From Eledone cirrhosa (Eukaryota): a DNA stretch of 64,000 nucleotides. Positions 26,782-42,211 of this stretch are shown here, one piece after another. The DNA is taken from the NCBI GenBank assembly GCA_964016885.1, contig OZ024752.1:4092001-4156000 (forward strand), read 5' to 3'. The position numbers were made by a program, and so were the translations under genes. Each line of letters opens with the position of its first letter. Within the stretch, counting starts at the first letter, position 1. The notes below the pieces were generated by a model. It saw only the letters and a program-made list of their open reading frames with translations, ran no database searches and was not told the DNA's origin.

Positions 26782-27368
26782 AGAATTCTTTACTATCTGT
26801 TGATTGATGACAGAATATACTTCCGATCCCTTCCTCCTGCATCGTATTAATAAGTGTGTTTGTATGTGTGTATGTATGCATGTGTGGGCGAGCGTTCTCT
26901 GTGTATGTTTCTCTGTGTATGTTTACACGTCTGTCATGGATGTGGGGAGCAGCATTTTAGCAGTAAATATATTTCATTTATCATATTTCTTTTTATCTAA
27001 TAGCTGTTAGACAAAATCAGGAAATACCAACTTTGTTCTTAATGCACCTTTTCTCCATAGTAAAACGTGCTTTTCACATTGAATGTTCTTCCAATATCTA
27101 TCAAGTGTGTTCTTTAATTGATTGCTTGTCTTCAACTCAACAACCTCCTTTTCTTAATTAATTGATTGCAGTTTCAATGGATCCTGTTTCAGACAATTTC
27201 TTGTCTCCTTGTTAGGTTGGCTTGTTGCATCGCTTCTTAAATAATTTATGTGAATGGCCTTTTGTAGGCTAAAATGATGGATGTCACTCTAAAATGCTGT
27301 TTTTGTTCAAGTCAACTTTATATTACAGTGATGTTTGTATTGTTTCCGTTAACTTTTAGAACACACTT

Positions 27369-27403
<35 letters not shown>

Positions 27404-27486
27404 GAGGTTATATTTAATTTGTTGGGATTCAGCAAGCTTAAAAAATGTTATGACTGATATAAAGCACTCTACAATGAGAGGAGTAA

Positions 27487-27760
27487 ATACACAATATATT
27501 AATAAATTGAAACTATATTTATAAAACCATTTTTATTTTATATATATATTTCAAGGGCAACCAATGCAAATTATGTTGCGCTTTCATCAGATAAAATACA
27601 GATTTGTTTTATAAATAAATATTGACATACCCGGAAAAAAGGTAATTTTATTTTATCTGATGAAAGCGCACCATAATTTTCCTTGGTTGCCCTTGAAATA
27701 TATATAATAAAATAAATATGGTTTTATAAATATAGTTTCTATTTATTAATATATTGTGTA
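27487..27760. mobile_element. Fold-back element with two outward-facing hammerheads (family H5)
   Basis: Arms about 27487-27598 and 27649-27760 with a ~50 bp spacer, lying between (TA)n tracts. Confidence 0.88.
27647..27716 (+). ncRNA. Complete type I hammerhead ribozyme
   Basis: TTTATTTTAT-CTGATGA-AAGCGCACCA..TGGTTGCCCTT-GAAA-TATATA-TA-ATAAAATAAA. 10 bp stem I, extended stem II, palindromic stem III, AUA triplet. Confidence 0.85.
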
Positions 27761-27825
27761 TATATATATGTGTGTGTGTATATAGTGTGTTTGTGTATGT
27801 GTGTGTGTGTGTATATATATAGTGT

Positions 27826-27988
27826 GTGTATCTATATATTTATATATATTTATATATATTATATATATATATATATTATATATATATATATATTTATATA
27901 TATTATATATATATATATATATTTATAGATATTATATATATATATATATATTTATATATATTATATATATATATATATAATATATTTA

Positions 27989-28030
<42 letters not shown>

Positions 28031-28089
28031 GTATATTATATATATTTATATATATTATATATATATATAATATATATATAATATATTTA

Positions 28090-28131
<42 letters not shown>

Positions 28132-31005
28132 GTATATTATATATATTTATATATATTATATATATATATAATATATATATAATGTATATGTATATATTAT
28201 ATATATATAATGTATATGTATATATTATATATATATAATGTATATGTATATGTTATATATATATAATGTATATGTATATGTTATATATATATAATGTATA
28301 TGTATATGTTATATATATATAATGTATATGTATATGTTATATATATATAATGTATATGTATATATTATATATATATAATGTATATGTATATATTATATAT
28401 ATATAATGTATATGTATATATTATATATATATAATGTATATATATATATTATATATATATAATGTATATATATATATTATATATATATAATGTATATATA
28501 TATTATATATATATAATGTATATATATATAATGTATATATATATAATGTATATGTATATATATATAATATATATATATATAATGTATATATATATAATGT
28601 ATATATATATATATAATGTATATATATATATATATATAATGTATATATATATAATGTATATATATATAATGTATATATATATATATATAATGTATATATA
28701 TATATATAATGTATATATATATATATATATATAATGTATATATATATAATGTATATATATATATATAATGTATATATATATATATATAATGTATATATAT
28801 ATATATAATGTATATATATAATGTATATATATATATATATAATGTATTTATATATATATATAATATATATATATATATAATGTATATATATATATATAAT
28901 GTATATATATAATGTATATATATATATATATAATGTATTTATATATATATATAATATATATATATATATAATGTATTTATATATATATATAATATATATA
29001 TATATATAATGTATATATATATATATATAATGTATTTATATATATATATAATGTATATATATATATATATAATGTATATATATATATATATAATGTATAT
29101 ATATATATATAATGTATATATATATATATAATGTATATATATATATATATAATGTATATATATATATATAATGTATATATATATATATATAATGTGTATA
29201 TATATATATATATAATGTATATATATATATATATAATGTATATATATATATATATAATGTATATATATATATATAATGTATATATATATATATAATGTAT
29301 ATATATATATAATGTATATATATATATATATAATGTATATATATATATAATGTATATATATATATATAATGTATATATATATATATAATGTATATATATA
29401 TATATAATGTATATATATATATAATGTATATATATATATAATGTATATATATATATAATGTATGTATATATATATATAATGTATGTATATATATATATAA
29501 TGTATATATATATATATATAATGTATATATATATATATATAATGTATATATATATATATAATGTATATATATATATATAATGTATATATATATATATAAT
29601 GTATATATATAATGTATATATATATATAATGTATATATATATATATAATGTATATATATATAATGTATATATATATATATTATATATATATATAATGTAT
29701 ATATATATATATTATATATATATATAATGTATATATATATATATTATATATATATATAATGTATATATATATATTATATATATATATAATGTATATATAT
29801 ATATTGTATATATATATATTGTATATATATATATTGTATATATATATATTGTATATATATATATTGTATATATATATATTGTATATATATATATTGTATA
29901 TATATATATTGTATATATATATATTGTATATATATATATTGTATATATATATATTGTATATATATATATTGTATATATATATATTGTATATATATATATA
30001 TTGTATATATATATATATTGTATATATATATATATTGTATATATATATATATTGTATATATATATATATTGTATATATATATATATTGTATATATATATA
30101 TATTGTATATATATATATATTGTATATATATATATAATATATATATAATATATATTATATATATATATATTATTTGTATATATATATATTATATATATAT
30201 ATATAATATATATATATATATATTATTTGTATATATATATATATAATATATATATATATATATTATTTGTATATATATATATTTGTATATATATATATTT
30301 GTATATATATATATTGTATATATATATATTATATATATATATATTATTTGTATATATATATATTTGTATATATATATATTGTATATATATATATATATAT
30401 AATATATATATTATATATATATATATTATTTGTATATATATATATTTGTATATATATATATTGTATATATATATATATATATATAATATATATATAATAT
30501 ATATTATATATATATATATTATTTGTATATATAATATATATTATATATATATATATTATTTGTATATATATATATTGTATATATATATATATTATTTGTA
30601 TATATATATATTGTATATATATATAATATATATTATATATATATATATATTATTTGTATATATATATATTTGTATATATATATATTGTATATATATATAT
30701 ATATATATAATATATATATAATATATATTATATATATATATATTATTTGTATATATAATATATATTATATATATATATATTATTTGTATATATATATATT
30801 GTATATATATATATATATTATTTGTATATATATATATTGTATATATATATAATATATATTATATATATATATATTATTTGTATATATATATATTGTATAT
30901 ATATATATATTATTTGTATATATATATATTGTATATATATATATATATATTGTATATATATATATTATATATATATATATAATATATATTATATATATGT
31001 ATATC
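27826..31005. repeat. ~3.2 kb interrupted (TA)n array with motif blocks (AATG, ATTG, ATTTG)
   Basis: Seen directly in the sequence. Confidence 0.97.
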
Positions 31006-31009
31006 TCTA

Positions 31010-31525
31010 GGGCAGGTAAAATTCCCGAGATCCATGGACGAGTTCTCTCCAGCGGTCTCTGTCCCTCATTAGCGCTGCCATGACCTGCGTCTCCAACAGA
31101 CCAGTGTCTGTCCTTAGGGCATCAACTTACGTTAACCTTGGTCTTTCTCTTCCAGTGTCTCCATGTAGGGGCTCCCACGGGAGCACTGAGTGCAATGTCA
31201 ACTCTGGATGTCGGTGAGCATGTCCAGCTAACCTCAGTCTCCTCTGTGTCACAAGTCTCAGACCCGAACAACAGCAGAGGCTCCACTACAGCAATGAAGA
31301 GGCGGATTTTCAGGTCTTCAAGAAGGTCCGACTTCCACACTTATCTCAACCTGTGGCACGCCGCCCATGTTTTGCTCTTCCTCTCAACCACATCATCTTC
31401 CGTATACCCAATCTTTGCTCCCAAATACAGGAAGTCCTCAACCAATTCTAGCGGCTTTCAGCCTACATTAGTGATCCCCTCTGGCTTCTCAACATTCTCT
31501 ACCAGATAGTTTATTTTAGTCTCAT
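31010..31525 (-). mobile_element. RTE-like LINE fragment (RT C-terminal region)
   Basis: Minus-strand translation PLELVEDFLYLGAK..TWAACHRLR*VWKSDLLEDLKIRLFIAVVEPLLLFGSET. Confidence 0.75.
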
Positions 31526-31820
31526 TCATATATGTATATGTATATATATATATATATCTAATATATTTATATATATCTATATGTATATATATATAATATA
31601 TTTATATATATCTATATGTATATATATATATAATATATTTATATATATCTATATGTATATATATATATAATATATTTATATATATCTATATGTATATATA
31701 TATATAATATATTTATATATATCTATATGTATATATATATATATATCTATATAATATATATATAATATGTGTATGTGTGTGTATATATATATATATATAC
31801 ATATAGATATATATATGTAT

Positions 31821-32018
31821 ATAGGAAAAAGTATGACCACGACGGCAGAGCTCAAGCCGTTTCGACGGCTATTTCTGGACGTCCAGAAATAGCCGTAAAA
31901 ACGGCTTGAGCTCTGCCGTCGGGGTCATACTTTTTCCTATTACCCACTCTACTACCCAAAGTATTGAGTACTCTGGTGCGTTATGGTCCATCTGGTTCCT
32001 TACCACATTTCCTTCGTT
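31821..32018 (+). mobile_element. Spacerless 120 bp palindrome plus tail (family H2 fold-back)
   Basis: 60 bp arms centred at 31880/31881. The arms carry (GAAA)-CGGC..GCCG-TC-G; the GAAA box is mutated in the right arm. The tail has GTATTGAGTAC. TA-flanked. Confidence 0.9.
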
Positions 32019-32019
32019 A

Positions 32020-32090
32020 TATATGTATATATATACATATAAATATATTATATATATATGTATGTATATGTTTGTATGTATATGTATGAA

Positions 32091-32121
<31 letters not shown>

Positions 32122-32598
32122 GTATGTATATATGTATGTATGTATATGTATGTGTATATGTATGTATATATGTATATGTATGTATATATGTATATGTATG
32201 TATATATATATATGTATGTATGTATATATATATATGTATGTATGTATATGTATGTATGTATGTATATGTATGTATATATATATATGTATGTATATGTATG
32301 TATGTATATATGTATGTATATATATGTATATATATGTATGTATATATGTATGTATATATATGTATATATATGTATGTATATATATATGTATGTGTATATA
32401 TATATGTATGTGTATATATATATGTATATATATATATGTATGTATATATATATATGTATATGTATATATATATATGTATATATATATATGTATATATATA
32501 TATGTATATATATATATGTATGTATATATATATATGTGTATGTATATATATATATGTATATATATATATGTATGTATATATATATATGTGTATGTATA

Positions 32599-32634
<36 letters not shown>

Positions 32635-33070
32635 TATATGTATGTATATATGTATGTATATATGTATGTATGTATATATGTATGTATATATATATGTATG
32701 TATATATGTATGTATATATATATGTATGTATATATATATGTATGTATATATGTATGTATGTATATATATATGTATGTATGTATATGTATATATATATATG
32801 TATGTATATGTATGTATATATATGTATGTATATGTATGTATATATATATGTATGTATATGTATGTATATATATATGTATGTATATGTATGTATATATATA
32901 TGTATATGTATGTATATATATATGTATGTATATGTATGTATATATATATGTATGTATATATATATGTATGTATGTATATGTATATGTATGTATATATGTA
33001 TGTATATATATATGTATGTATATGTATGTATATATATATGTATGTATATATATATGTATGTATGTATATG

Positions 33071-33101
<31 letters not shown>

Positions 33102-33418
33102 GTGTATGTATGTATATATGTATGTATGTATGTATATGTATGTATATATATGTATATATATGTATGTATATATATATATGTATGTATATATATATATGTA
33201 TGTATAAGTATGTATGTGTATGTATGTATGTATATGTATGTATGTATATGTCTGTATATATATATATGTATTTATATGTATGTATATATATATATGTATG
33301 TATATGTATCTATATATATATATGTATGTATATGTATGTATATATATATATGTATGTATATATATATGTATGTATATGTATGTATGTATGTATATGTATG
33401 TATGTATATGTATGTATG

Positions 33419-33473
<55 letters not shown>

Positions 33474-34496
33474 GTATATATATGTATGTATGTATATGTA
33501 TGTATGTATATGTGTATGTATATATATGTATGTATGTATATGTATGTATGTATATGTATATGTATATATATTTATATATATGTATATATATTTATATATA
33601 TGTATATATATTTATATATATGTATATATATTTATATATATGTATATATATTTATATATATGTATATATATTTATATATATGTATATATATTTATATATA
33701 TGTATATATATATATATGTATATATATGTATATATATATATGTATATATATGTATATATATGTATATATATGTATATATATGTATATATATTTATATATA
33801 TGTATATATATTTATATATATGTATATATATTTATATATATGTATATATATGTATATATATGTATATATATGTATATATATGTATATATATGTATATATA
33901 TATATGTATATATATGTATGTATGTGTATGTATGTATATATATATGTATGTGTATGTATGTATATATATATATATATGTATATATATGTATGTATGTGTA
34001 TGTATGTATATATATATGTATGTATATATATATGTATATGTATGTATATATATGTGTATATGTATGTATGTGTATGTATGTATATATATATGTATATGTA
34101 TGTATATATATATGTATATGTATGTATATGTATATGTATGTATATATATATATATGTATGTATGTATATATATATATGTATGTATATGTATATATGTATG
34201 TATATGTATGTATGTATGTATATATATATGTATGTATGTATATATATATATATGTATGTATGTATGTATATATATATGTATGTATGTATATATATATATA
34301 TGTATGTATGTATATATATATGTATGTATGTATATATATATGTATGTATGTATATATATATATGTATGTATATATATATATATGTATGTATGTATATATA
34401 TATATGTATGTATGTATATGTATGTATGTATATATATATGTATGTATGTATGTATATATATATGTATGTATGTATATGTATGTATGTATATATATG

Positions 34497-34528
<32 letters not shown>

Positions 34529-34558
34529 TATGTATGTATGTATATATATGTATGTATG

Positions 34559-34639
<81 letters not shown>

Positions 34640-34720
34640 GTATGTATGTATATATATGTATGTATGTATGTATGTACGTATATATGTATGTATGTATGTA
34701 TATATATATATGTATGTATA

Positions 34721-34753
<33 letters not shown>

Positions 34754-34782
34754 ATATATATATGTATGTATGTATATATATG

Positions 34783-34814
<32 letters not shown>

Positions 34815-35265
34815 TGTATGTATATATATATGTATGTATATGTATGTATATATATATATGTATATGTATGTATATATATATATGTGTATGTATGTATATA
34901 TATATGTATATGTATGTATATATATATGTATATGTATGTATATATATATGTATATGTATGTATATATATATATGTATATGTATGTATATATATATATGTA
35001 TATGTATGTATATATATATATATATGTATATGTATGTATATATGTATATGTATGTATATATATATATATATGTATATGTATGTATATATATATATATATG
35101 TATATGTATGTATATATATATATATGTATATGTATGTATGTATATATATATATATGTATATGTATGTATATATATATATGTATGTATATGTATGTATATA
35201 TATATATGTATGTATATGTATGTATGTATGTATGTATGTGTATGAAGATATATATGTATATATAA
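32020..35265. repeat. ~3.2 kb (TA)n/(TATG)n array
   Basis: Seen directly in the sequence. Confidence 0.97.
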
Positions 35266-35269
35266 TAAT

Positions 35270-37990
35270 GAAGAAATTTAAAGATGGTTAAAAGAGTTCC
35301 ACATATTTTATTATGCGCATTTCGAATACAAAATCATCCTGGGTCCAAAATTGTGTTCTCATCAGATAAAATACGGTAACATGATATGAGGCATAATAGC
35401 ACTTGTTTACAGGAAAGTGCTAAATCTACATATGATAATATAGTAAGAAATAGATAGGAAAATAGAAGAAAAGGAAATAAGAGGAGAAAAAGAAAAAGAA
35501 AGGAAAATAATTAAAAAAAGAATAGAGAGAGAGAGAGAGAGAGAGAGACTTTTGTACAGGATCGCTGTCAAAATGAAAATAGCTGTAAATAACGGTTAAA
35601 AAGTAAATTGATGAGGTGTATGTGCGAATATTATAGCCGGTATTCAAATATTAGAGGTCTAAATATATTATTTTATATTGGGTTTAAATACTGAAAATTG
35701 GATTAAGAAGTGTAAAAATGTATTAATAAAATAAAATAAAATAAAATAAAAGAAATATAGAATAAAAATATTTTTATAAAATAAAATAAAAATAAAAATA
35801 GTCTATCTATGTCAAAATTAATAGTTTCTAGTAAAAATCTATATATGTGGGGTATACTATTTAATTGTTATTTTATAACAAGTAAATGAAGGAAATTGCT
35901 AGAAAGTTTTATAAACGTAGAAAAACATATGACGTCATAATTTGTTTACAAAATCTACGAAGGTTTGAGCGAAAATTTATGGCTAACGAAAAAGGTCAAA
36001 GGCTTAATATATGATGAGAAAACCAAATTAATACATTGTAGAATATAATGAAAGATGTGTAAAGATAACCGTAATTCATAGAATATGTTATAGGACAAAG
36101 TCCAAATAAATCGGTTCTTCGATTTATTATTGTTTTGAAATTCGAGATAATTGTAAATTTCAACTATACATAAATTACAAACACTAGATATGGAAGCATT
36201 GGAGTATGGAGATGCGTTGTAGATTTTATGCCAAGAAATTTCGTAATTTATGTTTTTGTCTTTTAAGGACCAAATAAGTTCTGAGAGTTCGGTGCTGGTC
36301 CTTTTAAGAGAGGATTTAAGTGTAGAAGAATAATTATAGAATCTTACTTTAAAGGAGGTAGAAGTAGAGCCAATGTAGGTATAGGAATTGGTACTAGTTA
36401 CCACTTTACATTCGGATACTAGGTTTTTATCGAGACAGAAATTAGTAAGAGGACAATTAGTTCTAATATGGCAGTTGCATTTACGATTAAGATTATTTAC
36501 AGAGTTATTTGCAAATGGCCCATGATTAATTATATTAGCATCAGGAGTGGTGGAATTAATTAAAGGAGGTGGTAATGTTTCTAGATTTACATTATTATTT
36601 GATGCATTCTTCAAAATTACATTTGACGTCGTATTTATATTTGTGTTAGTTTACCCAGAGTTTACATTGACGTCGGGCCTTACAGTGTTATTATTATGAC
36701 TCTCATGGTTGGATGCTTATGAGTTATTATTTAATATTTAAGAATTATGTCTTGAGATAATTTTTGAAATGTTCGAAGTAGTAGAATACTAGAATTTAAT
36801 AGTATGCCTATTGAAACTTGCTATATATATGTGAAGGAGGGAAGCTGTTATGTAATGCCCTAAAAAATAATTTAGGGATATTATTAATAATATCCCTAAA
36901 GAGAGAAGGGAGCGTTGTACCAAAGGATATTTTTATATCTAGGTCTCCTTCTTTTGTTAGCAGTATGATTATTACTAGCTACATTACTAGAGTTACTATA
37001 AGCTCTGCCAAGGTTAAATTCTTTAGTATACCTAATTTTGTCTAGATATCCAGCCCTAGATAGGGCATTATTATAATAGTTGGCATTAGCTTCGAAGATA
37101 TCTTTATTAGAGGATAAATTAGAAATTCTTTTTTCTACACTTTTGACTATAGCAGTTTTAACATTATTAGGGTGGTTAGATTTAAAGTTAACGTAATTTA
37201 AGTTCTCGTTATCGTTATGATTTGGGTAATATAGGCCGGTATCTAGATTAAGGGATATATCAAGGAAATTTGCTAGTTTATCTCGAATTCAATTTTTAAG
37301 TTAAGATGCTTAAATAGATCAAGTATATTTTTCTTAATTATATTAAAGTTTACAATGTTACAATTCGAGACAGTAAAAAGAGCATCATCACGATAAATCC
37401 CACCGGAAAGTTGGGGAATTTTCCGATTTAAAGAATTCAAGATGAAAATTCCAACTAAGTTGGTCAGTTGAGCTGAATCCGACGAACCCATGGTGATGTC
37501 GAAATTGTTGGAAGTATCCGCTCTTGTCCAATATTCATTCCTAAATTCCAACATGGATTTCCTAGCGGTGAGAATGATGTTTATTTCTTCACTAGTAATG
37601 TCCGTATATTTTAAAGCATATGAGAGAGCCTTGTTTAGGAGTTAAGGAGAAATAGAAGAGTAATAGCTAGCGATGTCTAATTGAATAAATTTCAATTTAT
37701 TTTTATTTTTTAGGTCGTTGAACCAGTCTATTACGTCAGATGAACCAACCATAGATTTAGTTGAGATTTATACCTAACCTGTGGGATAATTCTATCCAAG
37801 ATGGATTTACTAACAACCCCTAGGTCAGATTTAGAAGGGGCAATTAGTCTTACAGGCAACTGCATTTGAAAACTTCTTTTATGATCCTTCAGACAAATCC
37901 TCGGAGTTCTTGGGAAGAAGGGTTCTGTTTTTTTCTCAATTCCGAGGTGGTTATTATCTCATATGCTTCACTATTGATAGAGTACAGGCA
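35270..37990 (-). mobile_element. Decayed YRDD-type Penelope-like element (Hydra-clade-like): RT + C-terminal GIY-YIG + 3' hammerhead
   Basis: Ordered motifs KDHK, VRLIAPSKSDLGVVSKSILDR, FIQLDIASYYSSI, FDITMGSSDSAQ, GGIYRDDAL, CNCHIRTNCPLTNFC, YIGSTSTSFKVRF and CNLCIVE, with multiple frameshifts. Clade assignment is from recalled motifs only. Confidence 0.88.
35304..35373 (-). ncRNA. Complete type I hammerhead ribozyme in the 3' end of the YRDD-type PLE (family H6)
   Basis: Minus strand TATTTTAT-CTGATGA-GAACACAA..TTGTATTC-GAAA-TGCGCA-TA-ATAAAATA. 8 bp stem I, stem II, palindromic stem III. Confidence 0.9.
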
Positions 37991-38599
37991 CTGCTTTTTC
38001 AGGATATGTTTTAAGTTCGTGTGGCTGGCCGTAGTCTAAAAGTACACTAAACTCTGCAGAGTTTGCAGCCATCATGTATGTATATATGTGTGTATGTATT
38101 TATATATATATATGCATGTTTATATATATGTATGTATGTTTGTATATATATATGTATGTATGTTTGTATATATATATATATATATATATGTGTATGTATA
38201 TATATATATATGCATATGTATATGTATATGCATAGGTATATGCATATATATATATATATGTATGAGTATATATATATATATATATATCGTAACTTATCAA
38301 CGCCTGTCTTATAGTGTAGGTGAATCAACATTGTCAAGTCTAATATTTTCTGGCCTTGACGAGCAAATACGAGGTTTGATGTCATCAACCTCGTACTTAA
38401 CTTATCTACATATTACTATTCCTTTAGAAGAAGATCGTCTTTGAGACTCTAAGGCCATCAAAGTATGTTAGAAAAGTAAGATTGATCGACAAGATCCAAA
38501 CCTCATTCACTTGAAGCAAGAGGTGGAGCTCCTCAAATCGGACCGTGGAAACCATGTTTCCATTGGTCTTTCCAATTGCTAATACTATCTACCGGTCGC

Positions 38600-38720
38600 A
38601 AATCCAAGCAGAAGGAGCAAAGTGAAATAAAGTGTCTTGTTCAAGGACATAACGCATCACCCAGTCTGGGAATTGAACTCACAACCTCACGATTGCTAAT
38701 CGAATTCTCTAACCACTACC
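38600..38720 (-). mobile_element. tRNA-derived SINE head with CORE-like segment (second SINE family)
   Basis: Minus strand TAGTGGTTAG (A box), GAGTTCAATTCC (B box) and GTCCTTGAACAAGACACTTTATTTCAC. Confidence 0.7.
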
Positions 38721-40060
38721 ATGCTTATAATATGGATTCGTTGCAGTCTGGAAAAAACAGTCTTAGAATATAGTCTTTCAGAGAATTGTTAAGCTATAGT
38801 CTATAAGAGAATAATTTTAAGATGTAGTGGAGTGGAATGGACATCCGTCGGTCACGACGATGGTTATGCCAACTGTTCAATCGACGTAACAGCCTGTTCA
38901 TAAAATGAACGGATAGACGGCTGAACACTGCAGATATGTGTGCGCCCTTAGCGTAGCTTTCGGTGAAATTCAGCGTGTCACAGTGTGTGGAAAAACTGGC
39001 CCAATGAATTAGAGGTATAGTTTATCCGATGAGCTTCCTTCCAAGCAAAGTTTCAGTGACATGCTGGGTTGATCTGAGTCTGTAAACAAATGACACTTGG
39101 CCAAGATGCCACGCAATGGGATCGAACCCTTTTGAAAAGAACTTCTTTAAAATGTAGTTATGAACATTATTAAGCTAGGGCGCAGAAAAATACGGTAAAT
39201 ACAGTCTGTTGTATAAATAGCTTAGAACATCTGGTAATGACCCCTTATAGTCGGGACAAAATTGCCAATGACCGCTACCAAGAATTGAATCTCATAAACT
39301 TCATAATTTCTCAATGTTTCAAAATTTAGTATTTTGCATACGAAGTTTGCTTACATAAGCAGAATAGGGTTAGGATATCTGAAGTTGTATAATTGAAGAG
39401 AATAGTTTTAAGATATGGTCTTGAAAAGACCATGATAGTCCTAAGAGACGATAATGAAGAGACGATAATGGTCTTAAGTTATGGTCTAAGATACAGTCTT
39501 GTGAAAATGGTTTTGAAAAGAAATCATAAGTTACAGAGGTGAAGATATTTAAAATATATTCTTGATGAGAATTCTTAAATAATAGCCTTGAAGAGAGAAT
39601 GGACTTTGAAATATTGAGAAACAGACTTGAAGAGAATCGAAGGAATATGTTTTTGTCAATTACTGCAAAAGTTATTTTACTTATTCCATGAATAATGTTA
39701 ATCTTCCTGGCTGCATCTGAAGTGTATATTTGTGGAAGTTCAAGTCATTATGAATAATCAAGTCGAGATGTTTATTTTTTCCGAACAGCTTCAAACCTCT
39801 GGAATTTCTTTCTTCCGTTCGTGTTTTTCTGTCGTCATCAAATTATTGATGCTAATGGCAGACATCAAATGTATTACTGTCACTAGTATAGGACAACCTG
39901 CAGAGTTTACTAACACATCCCTTTCCTGTTTATTAACATATTCAAACAAATAAACAGCACAAGAGACCATCAACCTGGTCGATCCGTTAGATAAAAATAA
40001 CACCCAAATCTATCACAAACCACATAAAATTGTCTTTAAAAATTGAAACTATCGACAGTA

Positions 40061-40198
40061 AAGTGGCTAATTGGCAGAGTCATTAGAACGCCAGATAGAA
40101 TGATGTTTTGTATTCGCGTTCAAATCCCGCCGAGGTCAACTTTGCCTTTCATCCTTTTGAGGTCAATGAAATAGTTCCAGTCTAGTACTGGGGTCAAT
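40061..40198 (+). mobile_element. Diverged tRNA-derived SINE (family of 11754)
   Basis: GTTCAAATCCCGCCGAGGTCAACTTTGCCTTTCATCCTTTTGAGGTC. Confidence 0.85.
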
Positions 40199-40410
40199 TC
40201 TTCCTGTATATCTCGTTCTCATTTCCTCTCTCTCACTTTCTATCTTTCACTGGAAGAAATCTTCTGTACTCAGGCCTAGAGAAGGATGGGCTCCACCAGG
40301 CTTTAAATACTCAAGAAACGCCATATGTCAATACGGCTAAACAAAACCAACAACCATAAAGAATTATTTCCTATTGCTTGTCCCCTCAATTTATCTTATT
40401 TCTCATTCTT

Positions 40411-40446
40411 TCTTCTGATGAAGAACTAGCGTCCGAAACGTCAAGA
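40411..40446 (+). ncRNA. Minimal type I hammerhead ribozyme (family H1, copy 2)
   Basis: TCTT-CTGATGA-AGAACTAGCGTCC-GAAA-C-GTC-AAGA with a canonical GUC triplet. The consensus with copy 1 gives stem II GGAC/GTCC. Confidence 0.82.
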
Positions 40447-40495
40447 CCCTCTTCCTGCTATATCAAGCGTTAACCTAATATATACCTTCCATATA

Positions 40496-40563
<68 letters not shown>

Positions 40564-41284
40564 AAATGTGTGTATGTGTCTGTGTGTGTGTAAGCACTCT
40601 ATTCCTCATGAAATTTCTCGTCAATTTGATCAAGCCTACGAGAGCGCTTCTATGTGGTCGTTTAATCTGCTAGAAATAGCAGCCAAGTTTCCCTCATATT
40701 GCAACTTATTGTCTTAAAAACGGAACGATTCATTGTATAATTGTGCAGTCCTAAATATACTTCTTGATCTCCATCTGGTGATGTACTGCGCGGGTTTCTT
40801 TTGTCCAGACCAATATATTACAGGATATAAAAACAGATCGACACAAATGTAAACACACATAAATACATGTATAAATATAGATAGATATGTTTCTTTATTT
40901 GCCACAAGGGCGCACAAGAAATGGCACATTACAAGACGTGACGGCGGGGTTTTTACATAAAGTTGTGTAAACTTTAGCATTATAAATTAAAATAAACTAT
41001 ATATTAGAATAAAATAACAATCAAAATCCACAATAGGGGGAACGTTACTGAGGGGTTGTTTTACACTCCGCAGATAGAACAACTCTCAACACCAGGAGCG
41101 CGTTTTGTAGGTGTTCCCGTCTTCCCTCTTTTGTCTTCTTCAACCTGTATGTTGAAGAAGACAAGAGAAGGCCCATTCACTCGAGCCATTTTCGCCACAT
41201 TTCCCCATCTTTCAGCGAATGTACTGGGGTACAGCACCTGTATAGATACATAGATAGACAAATAGTTAGATAGATAGATATAAA

Positions 41285-41410
41285 CGACGGGCTTCTGTAG
41301 TTTCTGTGTACTAAATTTGACTCTCAAGCATTGTGCAGCCTGAGGCTGTAGTAAATACGTACCGACGGAGCCACACATGGAGACTAAACCCGAAACCACG
41401 TGGTTGCTAA
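41285..41410 (-). mobile_element. Degenerate SINE remnant (third family)
   Basis: GACGGGCTTCT..GAGGCTGTAGTA..GACTAAACCCGAAACCACGTGGTTG resembles a common octopus SINE as recalled; a related piece lies at about 39090-39130. Confidence 0.5.
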
Positions 41411-41734
41411 ACAGTAGACCGAGAATAAATTTTGCACTCTTCAGCGTTTTCACTTTGAATATCCGATCATTAAATAATCATCCGTTTGTACAAGATAGAA
41501 ATCTGACTCTTGTTAAAGTCTTTAAAAGCGTAATAGAGCGTTACTGAAAATAAAAGAGCAAGCTATACAACCTTTCGTAGTGACATAAATAATTCTGAAA
41601 GATTTGGATGATTTTTCCGGTAGACTGCATTTCTCATGCCACCAGGAAAGGATAGAGAAGTTTCGTATGTCCTCAGGTACTCAAATCTTCTTTATTGCTT
41701 TCTATCGGTTTAACGTATTGAATGCCTTTGTAAT

Positions 41735-42158
41735 AATCGTTTATCATTTAGGCACAAAACCAACAATTTGGGGGAGTGGGGTTAAAGTCGATTAAATCGA
41801 CCCCAGTGCGTTACTGCTACTTTATTTTATCGACCCCCGTAAGGATGAAAGTCAAAGCTAACCTTGAAAAGATTTGAACTCAGAACGTAAAGGGACGAAA
41901 ATAAAAACTGCAAAGCATGGTGTCCGACGTTCTACCTATTCTGCAAATCCACCACCTTTAAAGCCTTTGTAATAATTGTTTCTACTTTTGACACAAGGTC
42001 AGCAATTACCCAGTGCATTACTGGTACTTTATTTTATAGAGCTGGTAAGGATGAAAGACAAAGTTAACCTCGGATGGATTTGAAGTCAGAGCATAAAGGG
42101 CTGTAACTCTATGCTGCTAAGCATGGCGTCCGATCCTCTACCGATACTGCCGATCCAA
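41735..42158 (-). mobile_element. Two adjacent tRNA-derived SINE copies (about 41735-41958 and 41972-42158)
   Basis: Both are reverse complements of the 11754 family, and each is preceded by GCCTTTGTAATAAT. Confidence 0.88.
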
Positions 42159-42211
42159 TAATGTCCACAAATGTTCGATTTCTGATTTCTCCCACGTAGC
42201 TCTCTTACACC

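Noticed and set aside
39685-39900. Possible minus-strand exon
   Set aside because: Each frame hits a stop between the candidate splice sites.
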